The translations under genes and the position numbers were made by a program. The notes under the pieces are model-generated. The model saw only the letters and a program-made list of their open reading frames with translations. It searched no databases and had not been told where the DNA came from. Below are positions 40,934 to 52,700 of a stretch of DNA of 64,000 nucleotides, in pieces; positions within the stretch are counted from its first letter, which is position 1, and the number at the start of each line of letters is the position of its first letter. The stretch covers positions 5,394,001 to 5,458,000 of the forward strand of contig OX337229.1 in NCBI GenBank assembly GCA_946965045.2, given 5' to 3'. The stretch comes from Epithemia pelagica (taxonomy: Eukaryota; Protista; Bacillariophyta).

Positions 40934-41623
40934 CTATGTACCAGCACCTCCCCCTCGGCAATTGGGAGAGGGTTCTACTTGTTCTCCTCGTTCGATCATA
41001 TCTTGCCATTGATCCGGAGTTTTGGCGACAATCGATAGGGCATGGACCAGTGCCGGTTGCCCGGATGATCCTAGCAAAAAGTTGGACAAGCATGCATTGA
41101 CCATGCGATGACGCTGCAACAAGGATTTGCCCTGAAAGTGAGGGGAGACAACAATGGCCTTGAAATGGGATTCGGCATCTTTTGGACCCTTGTGTTTGTA
41201 TGATTCATTCCACAATTCCAAATGATGCAAGGGAGAAAGGGTTGCATCATTTTGTAAGGTATCTTCCAGGGCAGTCTGAACGGGTCCTTTGTCTGCCGGA
41301 ATAGATGTTGTTTTGGCCAAGGAAGACATTGATCGAAAAAAGATAGGGGAATCAACGGATTGGAAGAAACTGACACTACCGTACCGTGCTCTTGATGCTT
41401 GGTTTGGACAATGGTGTGGTCGTGGTAACAAGGATTCGCGTTGAGAATTTCGGAATGTTGTTGTTGCCAAAGTTCGGCTTTGACAGCCGCAATGACCCGA
41501 AAAGAGCACTCGTGGAGGACACTTGAGATGGACGATGAGTCGTTGAGTGACGTTGTTGGACGCAGATGGACAAAAGGATCGACGTGCAGAGGATACCACT
41601 GCGGCTCCCCCAAAGTTGCTCAT
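40934..41623 (-). CDS. bolA: BolA1-type protein with organellar transit peptide
   Basis: LELWNESYKH, ESHFKAIVVSPHFQGKSLLQRHRMV, HALSIVAKTPDQW and SPNCRGG. Arg/Ser-rich N-terminus. Alternative ATG at 41719. Confidence 0.9.
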   Translation of the reverse strand: MSNFGGAAVVSSARRSFCPSASNNVTQRLIVHLKCPPRVLFSGHCGCQSRTLATTTFRNSQRESLLPRPHHCPNQASRARYGSVSFFQSVDSPIFFRSMSSLAKTTSIPADKGPVQTALEDTLQNDATLSPLHHLELWNESYKHKGPKDAESHFKAIVVSPHFQGKSLLQRHRMVNACLSNFLLGSSGQPALVHALSIVAKTPDQWQDMIERGEQVEPSPNCRGGGAGT

Positions 41624-42459
41624 GGTCAAAAATCTTCCTGTGTAAAGATCCACAAAGCTATACAGTTTGGACCGAAAGTTTGAAAACTGATTTAAAGTTT
41701 CAAAACTTTCATGTTTCATTTTAAACTTTTTGCAGCATCCACCAGCTATGCCATGGGTTAGAAACTACCTAGGAGTACTCACTACTCCTACGATTTCCTC
41801 CTAGCTATGCGACGTTCATCGTTCTCTAGATTCTTTATTGCTTCATCGGCACAATACCTTGGGAAATGTCGGATGAACAGATGCAAAACTAGAAAGTGTG
41901 GATGCTGCTCAAGACATCTTCCTGATGCATTCCTATCAAATCCCATTTTATTTGATCATAGTATGTGATTCGCGATCACTTCCGACAAGTTTCTCGGTCT
42001 TGGTCTTCTCGTCAAAGACGAATATCATATTGCCATTTATCTATATCATCATGGCGAAAGCCGTAATCATTCTCCAATGTGGAGAGTACGTTGCTCCATT
42101 CCGAGACTTCAAACTCAAGCCGCATTGAACTTCCCCTATGTATGCTACGTGTACTTGACGTCGATGGGATTCTAGGAGTACTCCATCAAGAGTACTCTAT
42201 TGATCGTCAACGAAACACGAAGCCCCAACCCATATGATCCTTGTTTGACAGCCAAGCCCCTTTCGATGCATGTTCCATGTCACAAGACAAGAGAGTAGAT
42301 GTGAGTCATCACTCAATCTCCGTGATACCATGGTGAACAAGAAGGCTGAATATCGATGGCCAAACTGTCCGACAACTGTTTGTAAAAGCGTTTTGCCCCA
42401 AATGACAACAACATAATTTGTGAGAACTTTGGAGAGTAGAGCGTGACTTTGACACTCTG

Positions 42460-43083
42460 TCAAGGGTTGATCGTTGTGCAGGATGGTCCTGGCTGACACG
42501 AGTTTGGTTCCTCCCTTAGTTCTTGCTGTCCTTGGTTCCATTGTTCCGGAGTTCGTGCCACAATCGACAAGCCTGAAAGAATCATTGTTGCTTCTCGCTG
42601 TTGTTGCGGTGGTGATCCTCGTGGACTTGTTGTTGTCGAGGACCACAACGACGACCACCAGGACCGATGGGTTGGTTCCGCTGCTTTCGTTGGAAGCAAA
42701 CATTCCGACAAACAGGCATGAACGAGACGATGACATTCCATGGTACATTTTCCTTCAAAACGGGATGATACAAGCACAACTTTGAACCGTGTTTTGTCGT
42801 TTATGGACGTGCTGCTGCCCCGAGAACTGGTGGTGGTTGCAGCGTTGTGTTGGCCCGATTCTTTGCAAAACTCGAGGTGATGCAAGGGACTCAAAGTAGG
42901 ATCTGTCCGTAAGGCATGTTCCATCGCCTTTTGAATGGGACCGGAATCCAAGGATGACACCAATGGCCTGTCAATGCCATGGACGTTTTGAGACGAACAG
43001 TGGAATGCGGAGTTCGACCATGAACGACGACAGCCTGGAGTGTCTGTGAAGTAAGGGGCGATGATACCTGTCGGAAATTTCAT
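42460..43083 (-). CDS. Divergent tandem BolA paralog
   Basis: GPIQKAMEHALRTDPTLSPLHHLEF, RFKVVLVSSRFEGK..ECHRLVHACLSE and LSIVARTPEQW align with the neighbouring BolA. Confidence 0.8.
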   Translation of the reverse strand: MKFPTGIIAPYFTDTPGCRRSWSNSAFHCSSQNVHGIDRPLVSSLDSGPIQKAMEHALRTDPTLSPLHHLEFCKESGQHNAATTTSSRGSSTSINDKTRFKVVLVSSRFEGKCTMECHRLVHACLSECLLPTKAAEPTHRSWWSSLWSSTTTSPRGSPPQQQREATMILSGLSIVARTPEQWNQGQQELREEPNSCQPGPSCTTINP

Positions 43084-43541
43084 GGCATACCAAGACGTAT
43101 GAGAGATAGAGCCGGTCACTTTCCGAATCGTACTGCGTTGGAAGAGCATCGTCCTACTTTGTGGGAACCTTCATGTCATCTCATGGTCGTTCGACAACGA
43201 TCACCGATGAATGACGTGTCTTATCCGGAACCAAGCCCCCCAAAAGGGAATGCGGTTTCTCACCTTTCACCCCACAATTTCCACCCACCCCTTTTGAAAC
43301 GGCTTGCAGAAAGACCTTCGGTTTGGGGGGAGATGGGGCGCGCGTCGGGCTATTCTAAAAACAGACATTGGGCCCGTCACACAATGTCTCTTTCGAATGA
43401 CCAATCGACCGAGACAACAAGAACAAGAGACCCTCGTATATTGTGAAGTCCCTCTGTTGGATAATCTTTGTTGGTTCTGATTCATTGCCGCGTTCCAGTC
43501 AAGTGATAGAGATCCACTACGACAAACAAAAAATCATAGTA

Positions 43542-44888
43542 ATGGCTCCTCCGTCGCAGCAACGCATGAGAATTTCATCGCCCCTGTCCTCTGGGTCACA
43601 GTCGCCTCGAGGACTGGTACAGATATCCAGTCATCGTGTCGTCTTGGTGGTTTGCATTATTGGCTTTGTGATTTTCATACAAGCGCTGGACGCCTTGTTT
43701 TCCTCCTCCTCGCCTGCCAAACCCAAGCATGTCATAGCACCCCTCCCGGCACAATCGACCGAAATGAAGGGGGACGCCACGGTTGATTTGAACTTTCGCG
43801 TCTCCTTTCCACCCACGGAACCGTGGCCATCACGTCCCCGATACGAACTGAATACGACCAATCCAGTCGTGAATCGACTCATGCGCAAAGGTCCCGATCG
43901 AGGACCGGTCGAATACGCGCACAGTACCTGTCTCGAACAGTATTTGGATGAGTTTTTGCACGTGTATGCGCATCGTCCCGATCCAGCCAACGCCTGTGGA
44001 GGACGATTGAATCATCAATTTGCCTTGTATTGTATTACCAAAATTATGAAACCAGAAACCATTATTGAATCCGGTGTCTATGCGGGACAATCCACGTATA
44101 TTTTGCGACAGGCGGCTGGACCGGAAACCAACATTATTAGTTTGGATCCCTATCAAACACCAGTTTGTACCAGTCGACCCACCGATGCTCGACCCGGTGC
44201 TACCGAAAAGGATTTGGACCGATGGGTGGATCCCACCGACAATAACGAATACTTGACGGGTCCGACCAACTTTGTCGACTTTGGACAAGTGGATTGGTCT
44301 GCACGCATTGCCAAGGGAGACCTCAATCCAGACACCACCCTGATTCTGATTGATGATCATCAAGGAGTGTATCCTGGTCGATTTCATGCCTTTTTGAAAC
44401 ATGGCTTTACCAAAGTCGTGTACGATGACAATTTGCAAATGGGATGGGGTATGTTGGAGGGAGATATGGTGGGTGATACACCCAAACAAATGTGGCGTCA
44501 TGCTAATAGCGATGCCTCGCAGTGGTTGTTTAACAAGGCTCTTGTCCGGTATGCAGAATTTCCACCCGTCTTGTCTCCCCGGTTAACGCAAGCGACTGGA
44601 TGGCGAAAAGAGCCTGGCTTTTTGTATCACACGGATGATTTCCGACACATTGAAAAACCCTTGGTGCAACCGGAATTGCACAATGCGTTTGAAGATGACA
44701 GTTCCAAAAACACCATGAAAGAATTCATGACCAAGGATATGATGCTCACAAAAAAGATTTTTTCCGCACTGGGCATCCCCACTTTGTATCGACATGACTT
44801 TGGTGACTTCTATGAACTCTTTTCCTATTCTTTTATTTGTTACATGGAATTGAATCCAAAGGCAACCATCCCTCCTCCACCCTTGTGA
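43542..44888 (+). CDS. Type II membrane protein with a SAM-dependent methyltransferase-like lumenal domain
   Basis: N-terminal TM VVLVVCIIGFVIFIQALDALF. Motif-I-like IIESGVYAGQSTYILRQA, FVDFGQVDW, LILIDDHQ and VVYDDN. Confidence 0.65.
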   Translation: MAPPSQQRMRISSPLSSGSQSPRGLVQISSHRVVLVVCIIGFVIFIQALDALFSSSSPAKPKHVIAPLPAQSTEMKGDATVDLNFRVSFPPTEPWPSRPRYELNTTNPVVNRLMRKGPDRGPVEYAHSTCLEQYLDEFLHVYAHRPDPANACGGRLNHQFALYCITKIMKPETIIESGVYAGQSTYILRQAAGPETNIISLDPYQTPVCTSRPTDARPGATEKDLDRWVDPTDNNEYLTGPTNFVDFGQVDWSARIAKGDLNPDTTLILIDDHQGVYPGRFHAFLKHGFTKVVYDDNLQMGWGMLEGDMVGDTPKQMWRHANSDASQWLFNKALVRYAEFPPVLSPRLTQATGWRKEPGFLYHTDDFRHIEKPLVQPELHNAFEDDSSKNTMKEFMTKDMMLTKKIFSALGIPTLYRHDFGDFYELFSYSFICYMELNPKATIPPPPL

Positions 44889-45680
44889 TTTTCTTCACAG
44901 TGAAACAGAACAATCACGGACAACGAATTGACAACGGAGAGCCCTTTTCTACTTGTACCAGAACATTTACACCAGTGCAGGAATGGCTTAGCTTTGGCAA
45001 TACTACCGAACAGTTCACTTCTTACCCAGAAAGCGAGAGAAAATCCATAGCAAGAATCCATGCAACTCGTGGGCCTTATTTTGACGTTGCTCTTTGTTTG
45101 TCCTCGCGTCAGGAACTTGTGTTCGGGGTTGCCATACTTCTAGATCAATGCACCCATACTATAAAGGTAGAAAATGTACATGTCTCCCTATGGTCGCTTC
45201 AAGAGTCCAATGCAGCCTGTTTGCTTTCAAACTTCAAACATGCCGCTTGTATAACAGAGAGGAGAAAAGAGATGCACCCAGAAATGGAGGTAGCCGTAGA
45301 CAGGATCGGTAGACATGTGCGTGATCTCTTACTCCTACTGGAAAGGCAAGTCCTCCTATATACAGTGTAACGCCAAGCATGTATCACGTGACTCTAGCAA
45401 AACAAAGTTATCATCATAATACAAGAAGCGGATTCCTATAGTTGATGTCACCACAGTCCACTAATTTAAAAGTGCCCGAATGAGGTAAGGTTTCAATATG
45501 TCGAAAGATACGTCTTTCGGTCTACTCTACAGTCGTGTACACCAAAAACATTGCGAGAGGCGTGTTGCTGCCAAAGAGTCGGAGGTAGTTTTCATCAAAA
45601 TCGGAGGGCAAAGCTCAAAGCAACTGTGATTCCGATATGGTAATCGATGCCGATTGATCCCAGATGAGGGTGTGGGTTCT

Positions 45681-46265
45681 CTATGAGCTTTTACTTCGTT
45701 TCAACTTGAATCGACCAACAATGGAGCGCGATTTTCGCTCAGATCGATTCCTCTCCTTTGCTTCTTTCATAATTGCTCGGCGAAGATCCTCCTTCTCACT
45801 TTCTTGGCGAGAAAGTTTAATCTCTGATATTTCTTCTTGCACCTTGCGTAGGCTTTGACGTGTATGATTTTGTAACGCAATTTTTTCTCGTTTGCTCTTA
45901 GCGATCTTCCTTACAGAGTGATCTTTTCCTTCAATCCATTGTTTGTCTTCATAAGCGTCTACGCTCAGTTCCTCGGACTCCAGTTCTTCCCAGTCGATCG
46001 TCACAGGTAAGCCTGTTGCCTCAGGGTTGTCGCCCAACGTCATTCGGTGCTTGTGTACATGAACACTTCCAAAACTGACATCGCTTGTGACAGATCGAGA
46101 TGATTCCTCTCCAGCTTTGGGAACAAATTCTCCACTCGAAACACCTGTGCCACTACTAGGACGACGTTCTTTGGCTGCTAAGTTTTTCGTCAGTCGGAAG
46201 GAATCAATCATTGGTCCTCGTCCAAAAGATTTCACAGGTACATCTTCCTCGTCTGATTCGGTCAT
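45681..46265 (-). CDS. Diatom-expanded protein with a VSFGSV...LGDNP...LPVTIDW motif (194 aa)
   Basis: SDVSFGSVHVHKHRMTLGDNPEATGLPVTIDWEE...SVDAYE followed by a charged coiled region. ATG 46265 is in frame with the track ORF. Confidence 0.75.
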   Translation of the reverse strand: MTESDEEDVPVKSFGRGPMIDSFRLTKNLAAKERRPSSGTGVSSGEFVPKAGEESSRSVTSDVSFGSVHVHKHRMTLGDNPEATGLPVTIDWEELESEELSVDAYEDKQWIEGKDHSVRKIAKSKREKIALQNHTRQSLRKVQEEISEIKLSRQESEKEDLRRAIMKEAKERNRSERKSRSIVGRFKLKRSKSS

Positions 46266-46700
46266 GGTGTTTTGAATCGACAGCTGTTTCAGAAGGGTCA
46301 ACTTGTTGATAGTTGCTTTGTTTTGACCCAAAAACAAAGACGAGTTGACACAACACTTTGTTTTTGTTTCTGTGCGTAGCGGTTTCTTCGTCGTTCCGCT
46401 TGTTGGAGGCCGAATCTCGATCCTCATCGCGCGAGAGCGCAGGCGGCTTTGCTGCCGCGAATACAAGACCACGCAGTCGCATGTCGAGCGCCAGACGACG
46501 GGCGAGAGGAAAAGAGCCACACTACACACTATTTGATGAGAAGCGGTAAAAAACGAAAATCGACAATGATGTATTTTGCTCTTAGAGGCAAGGCAAGTCC
46601 ATTGCCTGAGTTAACTAGGAGCACTTACCCGGTTGTGACAAGGACGAGACAAAGCAGTGCGTCGATTGAGTTTTACGATAGGGAGGTGGATGTCACGAAT

Positions 46701-49700
46701 TTATTTGTTTCGTGATGACCTCCGCGTCGAGCTACGAGTAGATCTAGCGGATGGCGAGGGAGGGGCTTTCTTCTGTTTTTGCGAAACGTTTGACGTGCTT
46801 TCAATCGCTCGAGAGGATCGAGTGGTCATAGAGCGAGTTGTTCTGGAGCCACCTGATTCATCGTCATCAGGCCCATCTTTTGATGAGGTTTGTCTCTTTG
46901 ATTTTCTTCCCTTTGTTGATGCAATAGATCCCTCGTCATCGTCCACATTCGTCCCTTTGCCTCTAACTGCCCTCTTGGTAGATGTGGCGGCAGAAGGTTG
47001 TTTCTTCGGGTACTGGGGAGGGAGATTTCTATTCTCATTTCGTTTCGATCTCTTTCTAGCTGATTTACTTCCCATTGAGACAACGGACTCTTGGTCATCT
47101 TCATGACCCACGGACGCTTTCCTTTTTGGATTTCTTCGAGTCGACTTGCTAGAGACTGATTCAACCGAAGCATCATCCTCAAGAGATACGGAAGATTTAT
47201 GTGATGATTTTTTTCTGTCTTCTTCCTTGTCCCCCGGACGTCCTCTTTTTGTTTTGTTAGCAAAACGTGTCGAACTAGCAACTGATAATTCGTCATCGGT
47301 TTCCACATCTGTTTCTCGTTTCCGCTTCTGTCTCGTGGACCTTCTCGGTTCGACGTGCACTTGAGCGGAAGGGTCAACGTGGCTTTTCATATTTTCACCA
47401 GAAGCTGAATCTTTGGTTTCGTGTTTCTTCCTCGTGCTCCTTCTTGTTGGTCTTCCAGTCTGACTTTGTTCTGTATCCAAACCGCTACGGTTGGCCACTA
47501 TATGTGTTAATGGAGCTTCCTCAGCAACTTTATCCAACTTATTCTCTTCGCCATGAGTCACTGTTCTTTGAACGACCGAACCATCGTCCGACATAACACT
47601 GTTGCTTCGTGTCCGTCGTCGAGTCATTATGACGTTGCTCCCTGTGGAATGTCCATCCACCGAATCACTTCTGGCCTTAGCTTGTGATGCAAGCTCTTGA
47701 TTTTCTTCGGAATCTTCCTTGTTTCTACTGTGGTTCGCTGATTCAGTGGATGGCACTTTTGGCTCGTGCTCAGAAAGAGCACCATCTTCAGGAATCGGAG
47801 CCAGACTCGACGAAGCCATATCGAAGTTTTCACTGGCCGCATCATTCGACTCTTCCCCATCATTTACGACTTCCGTGGAGACTTTTGGTGGCCCATCAGG
47901 TAAAGGAGCAATGACTTCGTCACCTGCAGTATCGTTGGTTTCAGGTGGCTCTGATACCTTTCCTTCAGTAACTGGTTCAGAGCTTTCAGTTGCTGTATCA
48001 TTCAAATCTTCTTCATCATGTACGGCTTCCGTTGACACTTTTGGTGGCCCATCAGGTAAAGGAGCAATGACTTCGTCACCTGCAGTATCGTTGGTTTCAG
48101 GTGGCTCTGATACCTTTCCTTCCGTAACTAGTTCAGCGCTTTCAGTTGCTGTATCATTCAAATCTTCTTCATGTACGGCTTCCGTTGACACTTTTGGTGG
48201 CCCATCAGGTAAAGGAGCAATGACTTCGTCGCCTGCAGTATCGTTGGCTTGAGGTGGCTCTGATACCTTTCCTTCCGTAACTAGTTCAGCGCTTTCAGTT
48301 GCTGTATCATTCAAATCTTCTTCTTCATTAACCACCTCAGTTGATACTTTTGTTGGCCCATCAGGTAAAGGCGCACTGACTTCGTCACCCGCAGTATCGT
48401 TCTCTTGGGGTGGCTCTGATACCTTTCCTTCAGTAACTGGTTCAACGTTTTCAGTTGCTGTATCATTCAAATCTTCTTCATCATTAACCACCTCAGTTGA
48501 TACTTTTGTTGGCCCCTGAGATATAGGCACAACGCCTTCTTCAACTGCAGTATCGTTGGTTTCTGGTGGCTCTGATACATTTCCTTCAGTAACTGGTTCA
48601 GCGCTTTCAGTTGCTGTATCATTCAAATCTTCTTCATCATTTATGGCTTCCGTTGACACTTTTGGTGGCCCATCAGGTAAAGGAGCAATGACTTCGTCAC
48701 CTGCAGTATCCTCGGCTTCAGGTGGCTCTGATACCTTTCCTTCAGTAACTGGTTCAGCGCTTTCAGTTGCTGTAACATTCAAATCTTCTTCATCATTAAC
48801 CACCTCAGTTGATACTTTTGTTGGCCCCTGAGATATAGGCACAATGCCTTCTTCATCTGCAGTATTATCCTGGGCTTCAGGTGGCTCGGATACCTTTCCT
48901 TCAGCAACTGGTTGAACGTTTTCAGTTGCTGTATCATTCAACCCCTTAACATCATTTACCACCTCTGTTGATACTCCTGGTGGCCCATCAGATCCTTTAT
49001 CACCTGCAGTATCCTTGGTTTCATTTGGCTCTGATACCCTTCCTTCAAAACTGGGTTCATCGGCCGGCGCTTCAGATTTGGTTGCAACCATTTCATCACC
49101 TGCAGAATCGTGTGTTGCTGTTGGATCTGATACCTGCGATGCAAGAACCGGCCCACCAGCTTCAGAAGTCAAATCACCGTGTCTGATATTACTCTCGACA
49201 GCATCAGAATCAGAGGATCTTTCATTTGACTTTTTAAGTATCGTCTCACGGGCAGATTCTTGCCCCAGGTTATCTGAATCAATCGACCCTGCAGTCGTTC
49301 CGGACGGCTGGCCTTGGTTATACGCAATGGCATCTTCCATCCTGTCCATAAGCTTTCCATCGGGCAGACTTTTCTCCTTCTCGAACGCCATGTCCACTCT
49401 TTCTTCCGGCTTGTGCGGCAAACTGTCATATCCTAGTTTCGATATTTCCTTCGCCTCTTCTGCAAGATCATTTACAGGAGCGTCTTTGGCTTCTTCAAGC
49501 GTGAACTCGACATCATTCGTGTCGTTACCTGCTTTAGGATACAAATCGTCCCTTGTATTCGGGTGCATTAGTTCCACATCGATGTCCGCATCTCTTCCTG
49601 GAGCCGTTTGCTTCAGCCCCTTGCCAACGAGCACATCAAAACCTGAGCTTTCCACAACTTCCATAGGCTCATCAATAGCGAGCGTACCCTTCTGATCAGA

Positions 49701-52700
49701 CTGAGGCGAGCGAAAAGTCGTTGGTATCGGGTCGACCATAGAACTATCGTTCTGCTGTCCGTTCTTTTCAGGTGATTGTTGCACGGAAGGAGTATCCGCG
49801 AAATCCATTTGGGCTGCAGCGGCATAGTCCTGTAACGAACCAAGTGCCTTGTGTGTCTGTTGTTTTTCATTCACTTCATCAAGCTCAGACGATTCATACT
49901 CTTGACGACCCATTGTTCGGTCATCTGCGGCGCTCATTCCAGATAAACTCTGAGTATCTTGATGAACACCAAGTTGTTGCGATTGCGGAACAGAACTTGG
50001 AGGCTCCTGTTCTACGTTCCGCCTCGACCCGTCATCCTCAATGTCGGTTGGCACACCCTCATCCTCAGTCTGCCCGATGCTACTATCGCCTCCTTGATAT
50101 CCGTCTACTCGATTCTGCGGAACCTCGTCTTCGGTATGATCTTGAGCGTCTTCTGGAAGATAACCTGCATCTAGGGTAGAAGACGCTTCCTTGAACAAGA
50201 CATGCCTTTCCATTTTCGCTTTCTGTTCATGTTGGTCTTGTGGTATGTGAAGCGCGGGAGAAGGTGCGTTGACGAGCAGACCCTCCGTTTGGCGGTCTTC
50301 CTCTTCCTCTTGACTTTCTTCCTCCGCCGTTGCCAAGTAACCAGCCTGTTCCGTCTGCTCCTCCATAAAGCTTGACCTCTCTGTTTCACCGTCGGCCATT
50401 CTCATAGGTTCACTGAAGCGTTCTTCTTCCTCTTCAGTATGCCCTTGACTCTCTTCTCCTTCATAGCCGTCAATGGGCCTTTCTAGACTTCGATCTGATC
50501 CCGTCTTTGTCCGCGCGTTCTCCACATCTTCCAGTAGCGCCTTTGCCGTTCTTGGCCGTTCATCTTCTTCCTCGGTATGACCTTGACTTTCTTCTGCCGT
50601 TGCATCGTATCCAAGGTCCCCCAGAGGATTATTGCTGCTCGGCATTTCAGCGGACTCTGTTGCTTGGACCTTCCCGGGAGCATCCATGACATTCTGTTGA
50701 GAGGCGTGGGTTCGCAAAACGTCTGCTCTCTGACTCGCAGCTAGACTAATCGTTTCTTCCTGGCTAGTTGAATCATATGAAGGAACCTCTCCAGTTGATT
50801 TTTGACCAACATAGTGGTCATCTTCCCCAGCAGCTAGGTATCCCTCATCAAAGTCTCGGTCATCAGGTTCCGCTTTGTCTTCGTTGAATGCCAGAGACCG
50901 ATCAGGTGATTGCACATGAACTGAATGTTCCACTTCATGTTCTCCGGTCTTTGCATTGTTGAAAGTATCATGAGCATCGTCATCACTTTGCTCGGTATGC
51001 ATGGTAACTTCTTTGTTGTCGGAGGAATCTGAGTTTGCTGATTGAGCAATACCGTCCGCTTCCTCGAGTCTGGAGTTGTTTGGATCATGTTCGTCATGAT
51101 CTACGATCTCTGCATCAATGACCGAGTCTTCATCCGCCTCGTCTTCAGACCCACCCAATACATCCTCCGCATCGTCTTCAATAGACTGTTGAGCTTCGTG
51201 AAAGGCACTTTCTTCGCCTTCCTCAGCGTCAAAGAATTCCCCGTCCGGTGTATCGTGGATCTCCATGTGACCTGGGCTGGGATCCACAGACCTACGATCC
51301 CTAACGTCAGTGTTGCTATCGCTTTCCCCATTGCCCACGGCATCGAATGACTCTTCTCTACCCATAAGAAAGTTCTCTTCATCCTGGTCTTGATTATACT
51401 CCTTTTCGTTCGAGCCAGACGAATGAGATTCTTCGCCCTCATGCTCAACAGCAACGCCTTCCCCATCACGTTCGATCATGGATTCAGCTTCAACAATGTC
51501 ATGGTCTTCCTGCACGTGGTCATCCGGAACTGAAACATTGTCTTGGATCTCGTCATGAGCGGGGTAAATCATTTCTATGTCGTCCTGCTGACCCTTTGCA
51601 ACGGATGTGTCCTTTCTATCAATGACATCCATGGTGGGTTCTCCCGTTTCCACGTCGCGTACTGAGTTCTCAGCCTCATTTTCAGGTCCAGCTTGCGTCA
51701 CAAAGGCGACGGTCGAACTTCTTTTATTATCTTGATCAGTGTCCATGAGACCCTCTCCCGCGACAGTCGATCTCCCTTGGTCCAGTTGACCAACCAGCGC
51801 GCTTTCAAAAGTTTGACAGTTGATGAGGAATTCGAGTGCATCCGGAACAGGCGCATCTTCCTCTGATGCGAAGCATCCAATTCGGTGGAAAAGCGGACAG
51901 TAGTCAACAACCATTCGATTTTCTTTCGGATTATGATGTGCCACGAGCGGGAAGCGTTCAGGACGTTCAAGGGAAGGTCCTGGTTTCCGAAACGTCTTCG
52001 AGAGCTGTTTCAGGACATGATCATACCGTTGGCTACTCTCATTTGTGAGACTGTGGTACAAATTGAAGGCTTGTTTAGCGTGGAACTTGGTTCGAACCAA
52101 GTAGCACATGGCTTCTTCGCATGAACCTTGCAAATAACTTAGCTCCTCATTGCGCAGCAATTCTTTGCTCTCCTTGATCTTAAGCGCCAATTCTTGGTAC
52201 CATCTGCAAAAAAGCTCAACGGTGTCAAACGACGATATCGACAAAAACAGGTAAAGAGGATTGCTCGGCATTTTCACGAAATCAAGGTCAAAGACAAAGT
52301 TCTTCATCATGAAATACCGAAAAATCCTCCAATATAGTTCGGAAATCTGGTCCGCTGAGTATTTCTCACTCTGCTTCATGTCCTTGGCCATGTGAAGAGC
52401 ACTCTCCAGAAGATAAGGAACATTCAACATGGAATCGATGGTGACATAAAGCGGATACGCTGGATCGAGCAATTCCTCCGAAAGAGACCCAGAAATTAGG
52501 ACATGATCGATGATGATGTCGTTTCGTCGCTTCTTCTTTTGTGAGACATCCGAGGAAAGCTCATTTGGGCGATCATGCAAACCCAAGGAAGAAGTTTTGC
52601 GCTTCATGAGATTATGTAGCCACTCAGTTGTAGTCTTCAAGTTTGTGCGTGTCATTGCCAACTGAACAATCCGCGTATAAACAACAAGGTCCGGCAGCCC

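Noticed and set aside
44837-45370. 177-aa plus-strand ORF after the methyltransferase-like gene
   Set aside because: Non-ATG start, overlaps the upstream stop, and has no motifs; probably 3' UTR or intergenic.
47860-49060. 156-bp periodic repeat as a CRISPR array or satellite
   Set aside because: Units are contiguous, indels are multiples of 3, and the array lies within an open CDS.
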